A DNA stretch of 63,945 nucleotides, counting the filler, from Craspedostauros australis (taxonomy: Eukaryota), in NCBI GenBank assembly GCA_030167865.1. It is 17 parts of 17 records of this genome, joined end to end, with 100 filler letters (N's around TTAATTAATTAA, not from the genome) between each part and the next. Parts side by side here need not be neighbours in the genome. Positions count along the whole stretch, not along the records: positions 1 to 19,428 come from JALAGF010000815.1; positions 19,529 to 26,792 come from JALAGF010000821.1; 15 more parts are not named here. One strand, given 5' to 3'. Shown one piece after another: positions 9,014-19,580 of the stretch. The notes below the pieces were generated by a model. It made no database searches and was not told the origin of the DNA. It saw nothing but the letters and a program-made list of their open reading frames with translations. Both the position numbers and the translations under genes were made by a program. Each line of letters begins with the position of its first letter. The first letter of the stretch is position 1.

Positions 9014-12000
9014 ATGAATGGATACAACAGATCATCATCAAATACATCAACCTCGTCCAAATCATCGCTGGGAGCATCGTCCGCTGCCCGTTTCCAAGGC
9101 ATCCACTACGATATCACGCCAGCACCACCAGTCCCCACGAATACCCCATCATCTTCCGCCGCTTCCATTCTCACGCATCCAATTTCAAATCAGGAACATC
9201 TCTCCGCACAACCACAACCACAAACACATACGCAAGCACACGCAACCACAGCACCAGCTTCATCCAGCATGCCCACCTCAGCGTCAAAGCAGAACGTTGT
9301 GCCGCCATTGCACCTCTCCGCAGAAGCAGTGGCTGCCTTGCCACCACCAGGTACGTGCCGACATACACCACGCCAAACTATGCTCTGCTATTACACTCTC
9401 AGGTTATGTCGTGTGCTGTGGCATGTTCTGGAATTATACTATTGTCTCCCTGCATTCCTCTCGCTCACCTTCTTTCAACATCACATTCTTCAACCATACG
9501 TACCACTCCAATGCTGTACAATGTCAACAGGTCTGTCAGGACCATCGTCAATCGTGTTCAGCCCCAGGCAGCACCTTCCAAATGGAATGTCAAGCCCAAA
9601 GAGATACCTTGTCTTCGTCTCCTCTTCGTCCGCTTCATCCTCTTTGGCTGCGGCAGCTGCTGTTGCTTCGGTGGTGCAAAACAAATCTGCCAATGCTGGG
9701 AGACGAACAAGGTCCGGTGAGGCCACGCCATCCCGTGGCTCCTCTACTCCCGCCTTGTCACCCTCCAACTACTACTCCCAGCATTTCCAGCAACAACAAC
9801 AACAACCGCAACAGCACCAACAACAACATCATCAACACCAACATCAACAACAATTCCAACAGCAGTCACAACCACCGCATTCGCAGTCTTTGCCTCACTC
9901 ACAGAAAGATCAGTACCACATCAGCAACACCCTCATAGGATCATTGCCGGCTTCGTCCGAACGACAGCTATGTTGTTTGGATCTCGAGACGCAGCACCTC
10001 GCACCTCTCCTCAGAATGCCCAGCAAAAGGCGGCACGAAACTGACAACACTTCATCCTCCTCGGCCTACACCATTGGAAGCAGCGGCAATGCTCGCGGCG
10101 CAGCAGCTGCTGGAGGAAGCGCCACTCCAGCCAATGGCAATGGCGGCAGCGACTCCATGAGCCTCGAGGAACGATTGCGCAGAGAACGACAGCGCCTTCA
10201 TTCTTCCGGTGGACTCACGCAGTTCTCGTGGGCATGGCACACCCAGTCCGCTTCCTCACAAACGATATCATTATCGTCTTCAGCTTCAGTGTCATTGCCG
10301 TCTTCCTCTGCGCAGCAATCGTTACCCGGCTACACGCATCACCTCGGCCGTGCAACCTCCAAAAACCAAACCCTGCGACTGCTGGTTCCCATACGTGGAT
10401 CCTTATACGTGCAGGACGGACTCGACTCGCATCTCAAGCTCGTCTACGACAAGCACACGCTGGACGTACCGAGACCACCGGCATCGCTGCATTCCTCGTC
10501 GGCCACAGCGTCACCTTACATCACATCCAACGCGATGCCATCCACCACCGCCAGCACGGGAGCCATCGATCCGCAGCTATCGCCCAGCGCGAACCTCTTT
10601 GCATTCTGCGCGATGGGCGAGATATTCGTCGGACCTTGCCACACCTGCCAAAAGGCAACGCCCATCACCTTCGGCGCGGATTTGCAACAAAGCATCACGC
10701 ACGGTCTCGCCGACTTCGTCGCGCAGGAGGAAATGGATCGATACAGAGGATTCTGGTGGTCTCCGGATTCGCGCGGTATCCTCTTCACCCGGGTGGACGA
10801 ATCCCAGGTGCCCACCTACAGAATCACGCATCAGGAGACGGCCGATTCCATGCCTGGTGGCAACAGCAACAGCGGCGTCGCAACGGGCAGCGCCTCCGAT
10901 CCATCGTCAGCAACCATGTACGAAGATCACAGGTATCCATTTGCTGGCAAGAACAACCCCACCGTTCGGTTGGGATACATCCGCGTGGATCAAACCACGA
11001 TGATGAGCTCCGCCACGGCGCAGCCCAGCGTCACGTACAACCAGCACTACCACATCCACCAACCGCAATCCTCGACCAACTTCAATGCGCTTGCGCTCGA
11101 GGTTGCCAAGGAAAACTGGAACAACGTGCAGTGGTTCGATCCACCGCGCGAAGCCAGCGAATACCTGGCACGTGTCACATGGCTGCCAGATGGATCCGTC
11201 TGTGCGCAGTGGCAAAACAGAAGGCAGAACTGCTTGGTCCTGCAACGCATCGACATCCCGACGTACCAAAGATCGCACAGATCCTCGTCCTCGTCGTCAC
11301 CGCCCATCCCGCGCACGCTGCTTGTGGAACGCACCAATGTCTGGATCAACCTGCATCACATGACGCACGTCCTCGAACGACCGATCCATCCAGACGAATG
11401 CGACCAGGGCATCTTGGAGAAGTGCCTGCGCATCAATCCCCTGCCCAAACCCTTGCCGGAGGGGAGCTTCTCTTTCTTGTTCGCGTCCGAGAGGACGGGA
11501 CACTGCCACCTGTATCTCTACACGTACGTACCGGGTCGGAACAGCGAGCAAGCCATGCTCATTCGGACCGTGACGAGCGGAAATTGGATGGTGGAAAGCA
11601 TCGCCGGAGTTGATCTGGCAAAGAACGTCGTTTACGTCTCCGGAACGTACGACTCCGTGTTGGAACGTCACCTGTACGCGGTCCCATTGCTGACTGCGAA
11701 TCCTCAAATGTTCCAGAGCCTGCGTGGTGATCGATCGTCGACCCGTGACGGTGCCACAACCACCGCGAACAATTCTGGATCGTCACGTAGTGCCTCCAGG
11801 TCGCGGTCCGCTTCATCCTCTTCTCATCACGACAACGTTAGCAGCAGCAGTAGCAGCAGCAACATCAGCAGTAATGGCAGCAGGAACCATGGCATCCGTG
11901 GGCAGAGAAGCACGTCGCAACGGGACTATGACGGCGATCAGGTGATGGATACGTCGTCAACAACTTCCTCGTCGCTGCCGTTGTCATTGTCGTCTACAAT

Positions 12001-13513
12001 ATCCATCCGAGCATCCGGCCATCGCAATGAGACAACATCCTCCAGCAGCGGCAACAGCGGAAGTGGTAGTAGCGGGAATGGAGTCCGACGTGGTCTGAAG
12101 CACGTCATAAACGCGCTGAGCGGCAAATCATCGTCGTCCAACTCGCATGATCGCAAATCATCGCTGTCCTCATCAAAGACCGATCGGAACAGCAACGGCA
12201 ACAGCAAAGCGTCCAGCGCATACAGCAACGCGCAAGATACGACCCCGTCCAAACCTGTCCGGCTGACTGCGATGAGCGGTATGCACAGCGTCGTCATGGA
12301 TCCGGACTGCACCATGTTCGTTGACACATCATCCGATCTGGGCCGTCCAACATCCGTCAAGATCTACAGCCTACCCCCCACCGGTATCTTCGTCCGCAAC
12401 GGTACCTATACGGACTTGACGTTCGCGGCATCAGCATATCCCGGTTCCTCATCGCTTGGAGCAGTGCAGGGTTTTACGGGATCTGCAGCGGCGGCAGCGG
12501 CGACAACAACAGCAGACGGAGGCGTTGGCGTTGGTATTGGCAGTTCCAGCAGCAACGCATCCGATTGGACGAACAGCACATCGTCGAGACAGAGCAGCGA
12601 CAGACCCATGTCAGGTTCTGGGAATGCCAAGACGGCACATTTGCTGCGAGTCCCGCAGTACAACGTGCTGTACGACGCCATCCAGGACGACTATTCCATA
12701 GATCGATCGGATCCCACCATGTCCAACCATCTGCCGCAACCGGAGCTTCTGGAGTTTCCAACATCTGACGGGGCCGAGACCTTGCACGCAGCGTTGTACC
12801 GTCCTGACCCCAGAATCCACGGACCTGGGCCGTATCCCCTGATCTGCGCAGTCTACGGTGGTCCGCACGTGCAACGCGTGAACCGATCCTGGAGTCAGTG
12901 CGCCGACATGAGAGCGCAGCGACTTCGCAGCATGGGATTTTGCGTCGTGAAGTGCGACAACCGCGGCAGTAGCCGTCGCGGGTTGGCATTCGAGTCTGCG
13001 ATTTCCCATCGGCTGGGCCGTTTGGAGGTGCTGGATCAGGTTGCGGTGGTGCGTCAGCTGTCCGCGCGCGGCATCGTGGATTCCGCGCGTGTCGGCATCT
13101 ACGGCTGGTCGTACGGTGGATACCTGAGCGCCATGTGCCTGTGCCGGGCGCCCGACATCTTCCACGTCGCCGTTGCAGGAGCCCCCGTGACGTCGTGGGA
13201 TGGGTACGACACGCACTACACGGAACGGTACATGGGTCTGCCGACCGAGAATCCCAACGGATACCGCGAATCCGCCGTGTTCGACCACGTCCCTAACATG
13301 CGCGGCAAGCTGCTGCTCGTGCACGGTCTGATCGATGAGAACGTGCACTTCCGTCATTCCGCCCGGCTCGTGAATCGCCTGATCGCGGCCGGCAAGGACT
13401 ACGATCTACTGCTGTTCCCGGATGAACGGCATTCGCCGCGTCGATTGCGCGATCGCATTTATATGGAGCAGCGCATCTCAGATTACTTCGTGCGACATCT
13501 TGGCACTGCTTGA
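9014..13513 (+). CDS. Dipeptidyl peptidase IV family (S9B, DPP8/9-like); probable intron 9351-9530; ~1439 aa spliced
   Basis: GWSYGG nucleophile, DENVHF Asp and DERHS His; GLADFVAQEEMDRYRGFWWSPD with the EE motif; YPFAGKNNP. Start chosen at ATG 9014; the frame is open from 8687, so the start is uncertain. Confidence 0.92.
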   Translation: MNGYNRSSSNTSTSSKSSLGASSAARFQGIHYDITPAPPVPTNTPSSSAASILTHPISNQEHLSAQPQPQTHTQAHATTAPASSSMPTSASKQNVVPPLHLSAEAVAALPPPGTCRHTPRQTMLCYYTLRLCRVLWHVLELYYCLPAFLSLTFFQHHILQPYVPLQCCTMSTGLSGPSSIVFSPRQHLPNGMSSPKRYLVFVSSSSASSSLAAAAAVASVVQNKSANAGRRTRSGEATPSRGSSTPALSPSNYYSQHFQQQQQQPQQHQQQHHQHQHQQQFQQQSQPPHSQSLPHSQKDQYHISNTLIGSLPASSERQLCCLDLETQHLAPLLRMPSKRRHETDNTSSSSAYTIGSSGNARGAAAAGGSATPANGNGGSDSMSLEERLRRERQRLHSSGGLTQFSWAWHTQSASSQTISLSSSASVSLPSSSAQQSLPGYTHHLGRATSKNQTLRLLVPIRGSLYVQDGLDSHLKLVYDKHTLDVPRPPASLHSSSATASPYITSNAMPSTTASTGAIDPQLSPSANLFAFCAMGEIFVGPCHTCQKATPITFGADLQQSITHGLADFVAQEEMDRYRGFWWSPDSRGILFTRVDESQVPTYRITHQETADSMPGGNSNSGVATGSASDPSSATMYEDHRYPFAGKNNPTVRLGYIRVDQTTMMSSATAQPSVTYNQHYHIHQPQSSTNFNALALEVAKENWNNVQWFDPPREASEYLARVTWLPDGSVCAQWQNRRQNCLVLQRIDIPTYQRSHRSSSSSSPPIPRTLLVERTNVWINLHHMTHVLERPIHPDECDQGILEKCLRINPLPKPLPEGSFSFLFASERTGHCHLYLYTYVPGRNSEQAMLIRTVTSGNWMVESIAGVDLAKNVVYVSGTYDSVLERHLYAVPLLTANPQMFQSLRGDRSSTRDGATTTANNSGSSRSASRSRSASSSSHHDNVSSSSSSSNISSNGSRNHGIRGQRSTSQRDYDGDQVMDTSSTTSSSLPLSLSSTISIRASGHRNETTSSSSGNSGSGSSGNGVRRGLKHVINALSGKSSSSNSHDRKSSLSSSKTDRNSNGNSKASSAYSNAQDTTPSKPVRLTAMSGMHSVVMDPDCTMFVDTSSDLGRPTSVKIYSLPPTGIFVRNGTYTDLTFAASAYPGSSSLGAVQGFTGSAAAAAATTTADGGVGVGIGSSSSNASDWTNSTSSRQSSDRPMSGSGNAKTAHLLRVPQYNVLYDAIQDDYSIDRSDPTMSNHLPQPELLEFPTSDGAETLHAALYRPDPRIHGPGPYPLICAVYGGPHVQRVNRSWSQCADMRAQRLRSMGFCVVKCDNRGSSRRGLAFESAISHRLGRLEVLDQVAVVRQLSARGIVDSARVGIYGWSYGGYLSAMCLCRAPDIFHVAVAGAPVTSWDGYDTHYTERYMGLPTENPNGYRESAVFDHVPNMRGKLLLVHGLIDENVHFRHSARLVNRLIAAGKDYDLLLFPDERHSPRRLRDRIYMEQRISDYFVRHLGTA

Positions 13514-14246
13514 TGCTGCCAAAGAGCGCCGACTAAACATAACACTCCGCAATGAAAGGAGATGAAAGTGATTTCATCGCAGTACGGGCAGGAGAAAAAG
13601 AATAGAGCATGGTATTGTAATCGATCTGTCAATCGCATCATTCGTGGCATGATGGAGCTTTGGATCGCTTTCATGCAAGGTACACGCGATTACACCTTTG
13701 AATGGGCGCTTGGATGTACCAGCAATGCAAGCACAGCAACGCGGAAGGGGTTCATCGTGCGAGTACTGAATGAAGCGAAGTCGCACAACCCAACATACGT
13801 ATTGTATGTACGTTCCGAAGATTACACCAAGCTGTTTGCACAGAACATTGTATAGTACATTGTATAGCACATTGTGTCGTATCAGTACGGTACCATGCAA
13901 GCAAGATAAATTCAATTCGATTCGTCAATCGCGCTCTTCCGTGAATTCGCACGAGTATGTATGAGTATGATATAATATCATGCCAACAGGGAGACCATGG
14001 AGAGTATTGAGATGTGTAGGTCTGATACTTTGTTGCGGTTGGTTAACGGTATGAGCGCGTTGTCTGCGCTCCTGCTTGATTGATGCATGCAATTGCTTGC
14101 AGCATCGCACACAGTCATCGGGTAATCTGTTTGACCTATTGTACATATCCGACCCATTCGTGTGTATGTCTGTACGAGTCTGGTATGGTATGAGGCATTG
14201 CGTCGTACGGTACGTTGCATTGAGGCGATTATAATGGCCGTCGGAT

Positions 14247-15311
14247 CTAAACACCGGTGCTCATGGAGGTTGCGTTGTTGTTGTTGTTGGTGCCCCCGCC
14301 CATGACCTGGTTGACTGCCTGACGACGGACCTCCTTGGAGATGCGCGCCTCGATGCGCTTGTCCTCCTCCTGGGCGATGCGTTCCCTCATCTTTCGGTAG
14401 GCCGGATACCTGCAGAGGACGTATGTGTTGAAGAGGGCGACACCGACGAAGGCGATGGCCACGATTTGTCCGTAGACCTTCTCGTAGGACCAGCAGACGC
14501 TGGCCAGGATGAGGTAGAAGATGAAGCGCCACATGGAGTTGAAGAGGAATCCGAAGTTGACGGCGATCATGACGCGCAGGAACTTGAGCTGGGTCTCCAA
14601 GCAGCAGATGAGGAGGCCTCCTAATGTGGCGTAAACTGCCACCACGAATGATGAGATGGGTGGGAAGGATATCATACGAACGATCTGCGAGCGTCCGTGC
14701 GTACATGTGTGTGTGTGTGTATATATGTGCACGCACATGTATGGGAGAGCGATAGAGAGAACGGGGTTGCCAAGAGTATATTTGATGGAAACGTGTGGTG
14801 GAAAGCGGATGAGAGAAGATACCACCAATAGGATAAAATACAATGGGATAGATCATTGAAGAAAGACTGCCATCGATGCATGCAAGCGGAGCAGAGTCCT
14901 CTAAGGATGTTTACAATCGTCATGACCACCACAAAGAATGAATCACTGGACAAGGCGACAATCACAATCACAAACGCCTGCGCGTGTTCATAACAGCAGG
15001 AAAGCGTTCGGTTTCTCCACTCTCCTGAGGGTGGCGTGGACTCTATTAAGTGCACGACTATGGACCGAACAGAAACCACGTACCGAAATGGCAATGACGG
15101 CCGCCGCCAAGGCCATGTTGGTGAGCCTCATCATGAGGATGACCTGCGGCAGATCGCGCTCATCTTGCGCAGAGACGACAGTTGCCGCCTTGGTGTTGTT
15201 GTCCGAGGTTGCGGCTTGCGTTGCAGGCGCCGCTGCTGCTGCTGGAGTTGTTGCCGCAGCTGGAGGCGCATCGTTGCTGTCGGACAGCCATGTCGGAGCG
15301 TCGGAGGCCAT
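14247..15311 (-). CDS. COPI-associated (TVP15-like) Golgi membrane protein; exons 15311-15084 and 14684-14247; 221 aa
   Basis: A phase-0 GTACGT...CAG intron (15083-14685) joins two ORFs into a 4-TM protein with GGLLICCLE...NFGFLFN..WRFIFY, typical of the COPI_assoc family. Confidence 0.8.
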
Positions 15312-16100
15312 CTTGGGGGATCTGTTTTTGGCGCGCTTGGTTCTGATTAGAGTTTATGCCCTCTTGTTATTCAACGAAGAGCAGGGCAGAGCAGAGTTGA
15401 GTGTAGTCTCCTTTCTTGTTGACCAAGCCAGCTTCGTGATTCGATCGTGTTTGTTGCTGTTGCTGTTGTCGTCTTGTGGAAGTCACTTGTGAAAGTCACT
15501 TGTGTGCGCAGATTGGAGCGCAACTGCGAGAGTGAGGATACCGACAAACAAGAGGCGGTTGGAGATTGGCGCCAACGTGATTGTGCACAGAGAATGGTTG
15601 TCTCCACGATGCTCGTTGTTATTTGCTGACCGTTGGTTGTGGTACTCCGTCACCCCACAGCGATCATTCCATACGGTTCTCATGGCCAAAACACGATGCC
15701 GCAGCACGATCAAAATCGCTGCTCGTTGTGCATGCGTTGGGTTCACGCTTCTCGCTGATGTTCTTCATGTAGAGATGACGTTAAATAACGGTTAATGCGA
15801 AACCACCATATTCGTGATCCAGAAAGTATTCGTGACTCATGAAGCGTTCCTTCTCATTCTGCGACGCGTGTTGCTCTTGACCTGGACGGCCATACTACGC
15901 ACGCTTTTAGCATAGCCATGGCACTAGTACATCCCAGTATTGGGCAAGTAGCTCGTCGGTACACAGAATGGAGCCATATAATTTGAATGAGAGTACATTT
16001 TATGTACGTATTACATGATAGGGATGGAGCAGCTGGAATTGTGCTATCAACGCTGGTCGTGTCGAAGGAGGAAGTACCAGCCCGGCGCGACCACCCCAAA

Positions 16101-17822
16101 TCATGCAACCTCCGGGAGATCCAGGAGCTTGGCTTGTTCCCCCGAGATCGATGGCGTGCCGCTCTCCTCCTTTTTTAGCGCAGCAGCAGCCTCGTTCGCC
16201 CGCTGCTCCTGATCGAGCTTGAGGGCATCCGGATGCGCGCCGCCGCGTCCCGAGATGTGGTAACACGACCAGAAGGCCGTCAGGAAGAACGACATGCCCG
16301 CCAGGATCGTGCTCATCACCTTGATGGTGAAGAACTCGGGATCCAGATCCATGATGTACCCGCACAGGTAGGCCGACGTGGCCTTGGACAGCAATGACGA
16401 ACCGTACATCACACCCATCACACGCCCCAGCATGGTGGGCTTCGTGAAGCGCTGCAGCATCATGTTCGAATCGGCGTAGATGGTCGCCGTCCCCACCACT
16501 CGGACGACGGCGAAGATGCACTGCACCCAGAAGGCATCGAACAGCACCCACCCGCCGATGCCGATACCCATCAGCCCGAATGAGGCGATGCAAGCGAGCT
16601 GGATCGTCCAGGGACGGTCCATTCCCGTGAACAGCTCGAATAGGATGGGGCCGACGAGACCACCGCAACCGACGCAAGCGAAGATGAGGCCCAGCCGCTG
16701 GGAGGCATTGGCGGTTGGGTCCTCTTCGGATATTGCGACGTTGACGATGTCGACGGCACCGTACACCAGGCATGCCGACGGCTTCATGAAGACCAGCAGA
16801 CCGAAGTAAGAATTGTAAAGATAGTTCATGCATTCCAGCGCCATGGCGATGGGTGCCTTTTCTGCAGCCGCGGAGGCGGAATCTTCCGATTGCTTCCCGC
16901 TGCTGACAATGACATCGCCATCGCCATCGACGTCGTTGTGGCTTCCGCCATTCAGCAGAGCCTTTTTGCTCTCATCGTCGTCGTAGACCTCGCTGGCTTT
17001 GAAGTTGCCTGGAATGCAGAGAAGCAGGCAGGCGCTGGAAAGGTAGGTGAAACTATCAAGGAGGAAGCAGACGTTGCTCCCGAAGGTCCCGGCCACGTAA
17101 CCACCGAACGCCGATCCGAACGACATTGTCATCGACCAGGATACCTCAGAGATGACGTTGGCCTTTTGCAAGTGCTCCCCCTTGGCCGGGATGAGCATGG
17201 GGAGGAGGCTCCACCAGCAGGGCGCGTACAATCCCGCGATGCTGTTCTGCAGGAACGTGACGGCGTACAGCATGCCGACGGATTCCATGCGGTACGCCGC
17301 TATGAAGAGCAGCGCCGTGAGCGCACCGCAGGCATCCAGCAGAACCATGAGCTTGCGACGATCGACGAGGTCGGCCAAGGTTCCACCCAGGCTCGAGAAC
17401 AGGACGCTGGGGATGAAGCGGATGAGAATGAGGTAGGAGATGGCGGTGCGAGATTGGTGATTTAGCCTCTCCTCGATGAAGGTGATGGAGGCCACGTACG
17501 TCAACCATTCGCCGACCATGGTGATCATGTAACTCGCCATGAAGATCCGATAGCTCCTATTTTGCCTCAAGAAATCCCAGTACGAGACTGACTTCGATGG
17601 GCCAGTTGGCGGCTGTTTCATCCCATCAGCACCATTGGCAGATGCATGAGTGGCTCCGTTCGCACCATTGGCAGATGCGATGGACCCATAGTCGAAGCTG
17701 TTGCTGTTGCTATTACTGTTGGAACCGCTTCTGTTGGGATCGCTGTGAAGATTCCCGCTCACATCTGTATTCCCATTTGCGGACGGGCCAGCCTCCTCAT
17801 TCAACACGGACTTGGGCGCCAT
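16101..17822 (-). CDS. Major facilitator superfamily transporter (573 aa)
   Basis: About 12 hydrophobic segments in two halves with a central hydrophilic loop; motif A GGTLADLVDRRKLM; late LQRF..P..LGRV motif (DHA3/MFS_3-like). Confidence 0.92.
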   Translation of the reverse strand: MAPKSVLNEEAGPSANGNTDVSGNLHSDPNRSGSNSNSNSNSFDYGSIASANGANGATHASANGADGMKQPPTGPSKSVSYWDFLRQNRSYRIFMASYMITMVGEWLTYVASITFIEERLNHQSRTAISYLILIRFIPSVLFSSLGGTLADLVDRRKLMVLLDACGALTALLFIAAYRMESVGMLYAVTFLQNSIAGLYAPCWWSLLPMLIPAKGEHLQKANVISEVSWSMTMSFGSAFGGYVAGTFGSNVCFLLDSFTYLSSACLLLCIPGNFKASEVYDDDESKKALLNGGSHNDVDGDGDVIVSSGKQSEDSASAAAEKAPIAMALECMNYLYNSYFGLLVFMKPSACLVYGAVDIVNVAISEEDPTANASQRLGLIFACVGCGGLVGPILFELFTGMDRPWTIQLACIASFGLMGIGIGGWVLFDAFWVQCIFAVVRVVGTATIYADSNMMLQRFTKPTMLGRVMGVMYGSSLLSKATSAYLCGYIMDLDPEFFTIKVMSTILAGMSFFLTAFWSCYHISGRGGAHPDALKLDQEQRANEAAAALKKEESGTPSISGEQAKLLDLPEVA

Positions 17823-18358
17823 GTTGGCACAGCGTGCCAGTGTATTCTATTATAGAATATGATATAATATGATATAATATGATATAATAGTATAATACTC
17901 TGGCACGAGTAGTGAAATGAAATAGAGTGTTGGTCGAGTGGTTCTTTTGATGCCGAGGTACCGATGGACGCCGTGTCTTGTTGCGAGCAGAGACATGAAC
18001 AAGGATCAATGAGAAAGTGGAAGTCGAAATGGGAGGAATTGGTGGGACATTTGCGGTCACGGATGGAACACGCACACGGTGCAAGTTGTGGTGTTGTGGT
18101 TGCCATCGCATCACATCACATCACATCACATTGCTCCAACCCATGTCACATCAAACGGGATGAAGGAGAACCGAATCTGGGACACCCAACAAATTGTCCA
18201 TTTCATGAGTTTTTCTCTGTCAACTACTCATTACGGGACTCGATAATGGAGGAATACTGCTGAGAAATTGTTCTCGAATGGAAAAATAGATATTGTTGCT
18301 TCTTTGCAATTGTCATCTGAGATCCGAAATTGTGCCTGAAAATGAGTTGGACAATGGC

Positions 18359-18493
18359 AGACAATGTCAGACAAAATTTGACCGAATTAGACAAAATGAG
18401 ACAAAGTGAGACAAAACCAGACAGAATCAGAAAGCGTCAGACAAAGTCAGACAGAAGTAGACAAAATCAGACAAAGCCGGACAAAGCGAGACT
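18359..18493. repeat. Degenerate 10-bp minisatellite (AGACAAAnTC-like), ~13 units
   Basis: AGACA/GAC recurs at exact 10-bp spacing. Confidence 0.8.
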
Positions 18494-19472
18494 CAGGTTG
18501 ATGACGGAAATTAGAGTGGGCGATGGATCAGTTGCTCTCTCCAGACTATGGACCTGCGACTTCGCTCTGATATGAGTGATATTGTATTACAAATAGCAAT
18601 TCCCACAGTACAATAGAACCTCATCGAGATATTTTTGGAGGGGCAACATGCGAATTTCCCCCCTCGGAAATTGAGACACAATTGAGTTTCACGTTGCAGT
18701 CCCAGCAATCGACCTTCCACATGTCAAAATGAAATAAACGCCCAATCATATCTCTTCATGTACAATAGCGTTTCGTCATATTTGTCATACTGATGATGGA
18801 TGCATTGGCATGCTAGCAAAGAAGAAGCTAGCATTCTAGTGTGAAGGATACATGGAGCGATAGAGAGTGAAAGCAATATTGGATATGCCTACAAACTTCA
18901 TCTGTGATATTTGCGTGCAATTAGCAGCAACTCCCTTCATAGTCCAGCCAAGGAAGCTTTGCTCATTGCCCATATCATCCGATGCATCATACATGGTGTG
19001 TTCCTGGATTCTCTGAGGATCGATGCCCTCTGATATGACCAGGAACTTGGACCAACACGCATTTTGCATCCTTTGGAGCTCCTGATTGCCATAGCGGACG
19101 TAATTGGTGGCCTCCAACCAACTTANNNNNNCATAGCAATAGTTCTGTGTAGACTGCATGAGGAGCTTCTATTGGACAGCAAACTGCTGATCCATCTCCA
19201 TGATATGGTGATCAAGAAGTCTCTGCCATCGATATTGGCAAGAGAGACTTGAACAAGCCAGGAAGTAGCAGGGACGAAATGCTTGCGCCTCTGTTATTGG
19301 ACTTCTGGTAGTGGCAAAGTTGCGACAGAAGAGATGGCAACAAAAATCTCACAATACTAGGCTATGAAGAGGAGAAAGAGAGATATGCATTGCATGCAAC
19401 TCAGGACACACCCATTAATGATCCTACCNNNNNNNNNNNNNNNNNNNNNNNNNNNNNNNNNNNNNNNNNNNN

Positions 19473-19484
19473 TTAATTAATTAA
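19473..19484. other. Artificial six-frame-stop scaffold linker TTAATTAATTAA in N runs (first of 16)
   Basis: The same linker starts at 19473, 26837, 28670, 35050, 36233, 37816, 40204, 41717, 43261, 44894, 47693, 55602, 58311, 60152, 61529 and 62859, always centred in N runs. Confidence 0.99.
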
Positions 19485-19580
19485 NNNNNNNNNNNNNNNN
19501 NNNNNNNNNNNNNNNNNNNNNNNNNNNNTGGCACTTCACTCCTCTTCTTCAGCAGCGCCGTCCGTCTCAACCACTTTGGA

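Noticed and set aside
10209..13357. Long overlapping ORFs within the DPP gene (e.g. 461 aa at 10228)
   Set aside because: Alternative-frame artefacts of GC-rich coding DNA.
18780..19428. Short minus-strand ORF fragments at the end of scaffold 1
   Set aside because: Possibly decayed TE coding sequence, but no recognisable motif.
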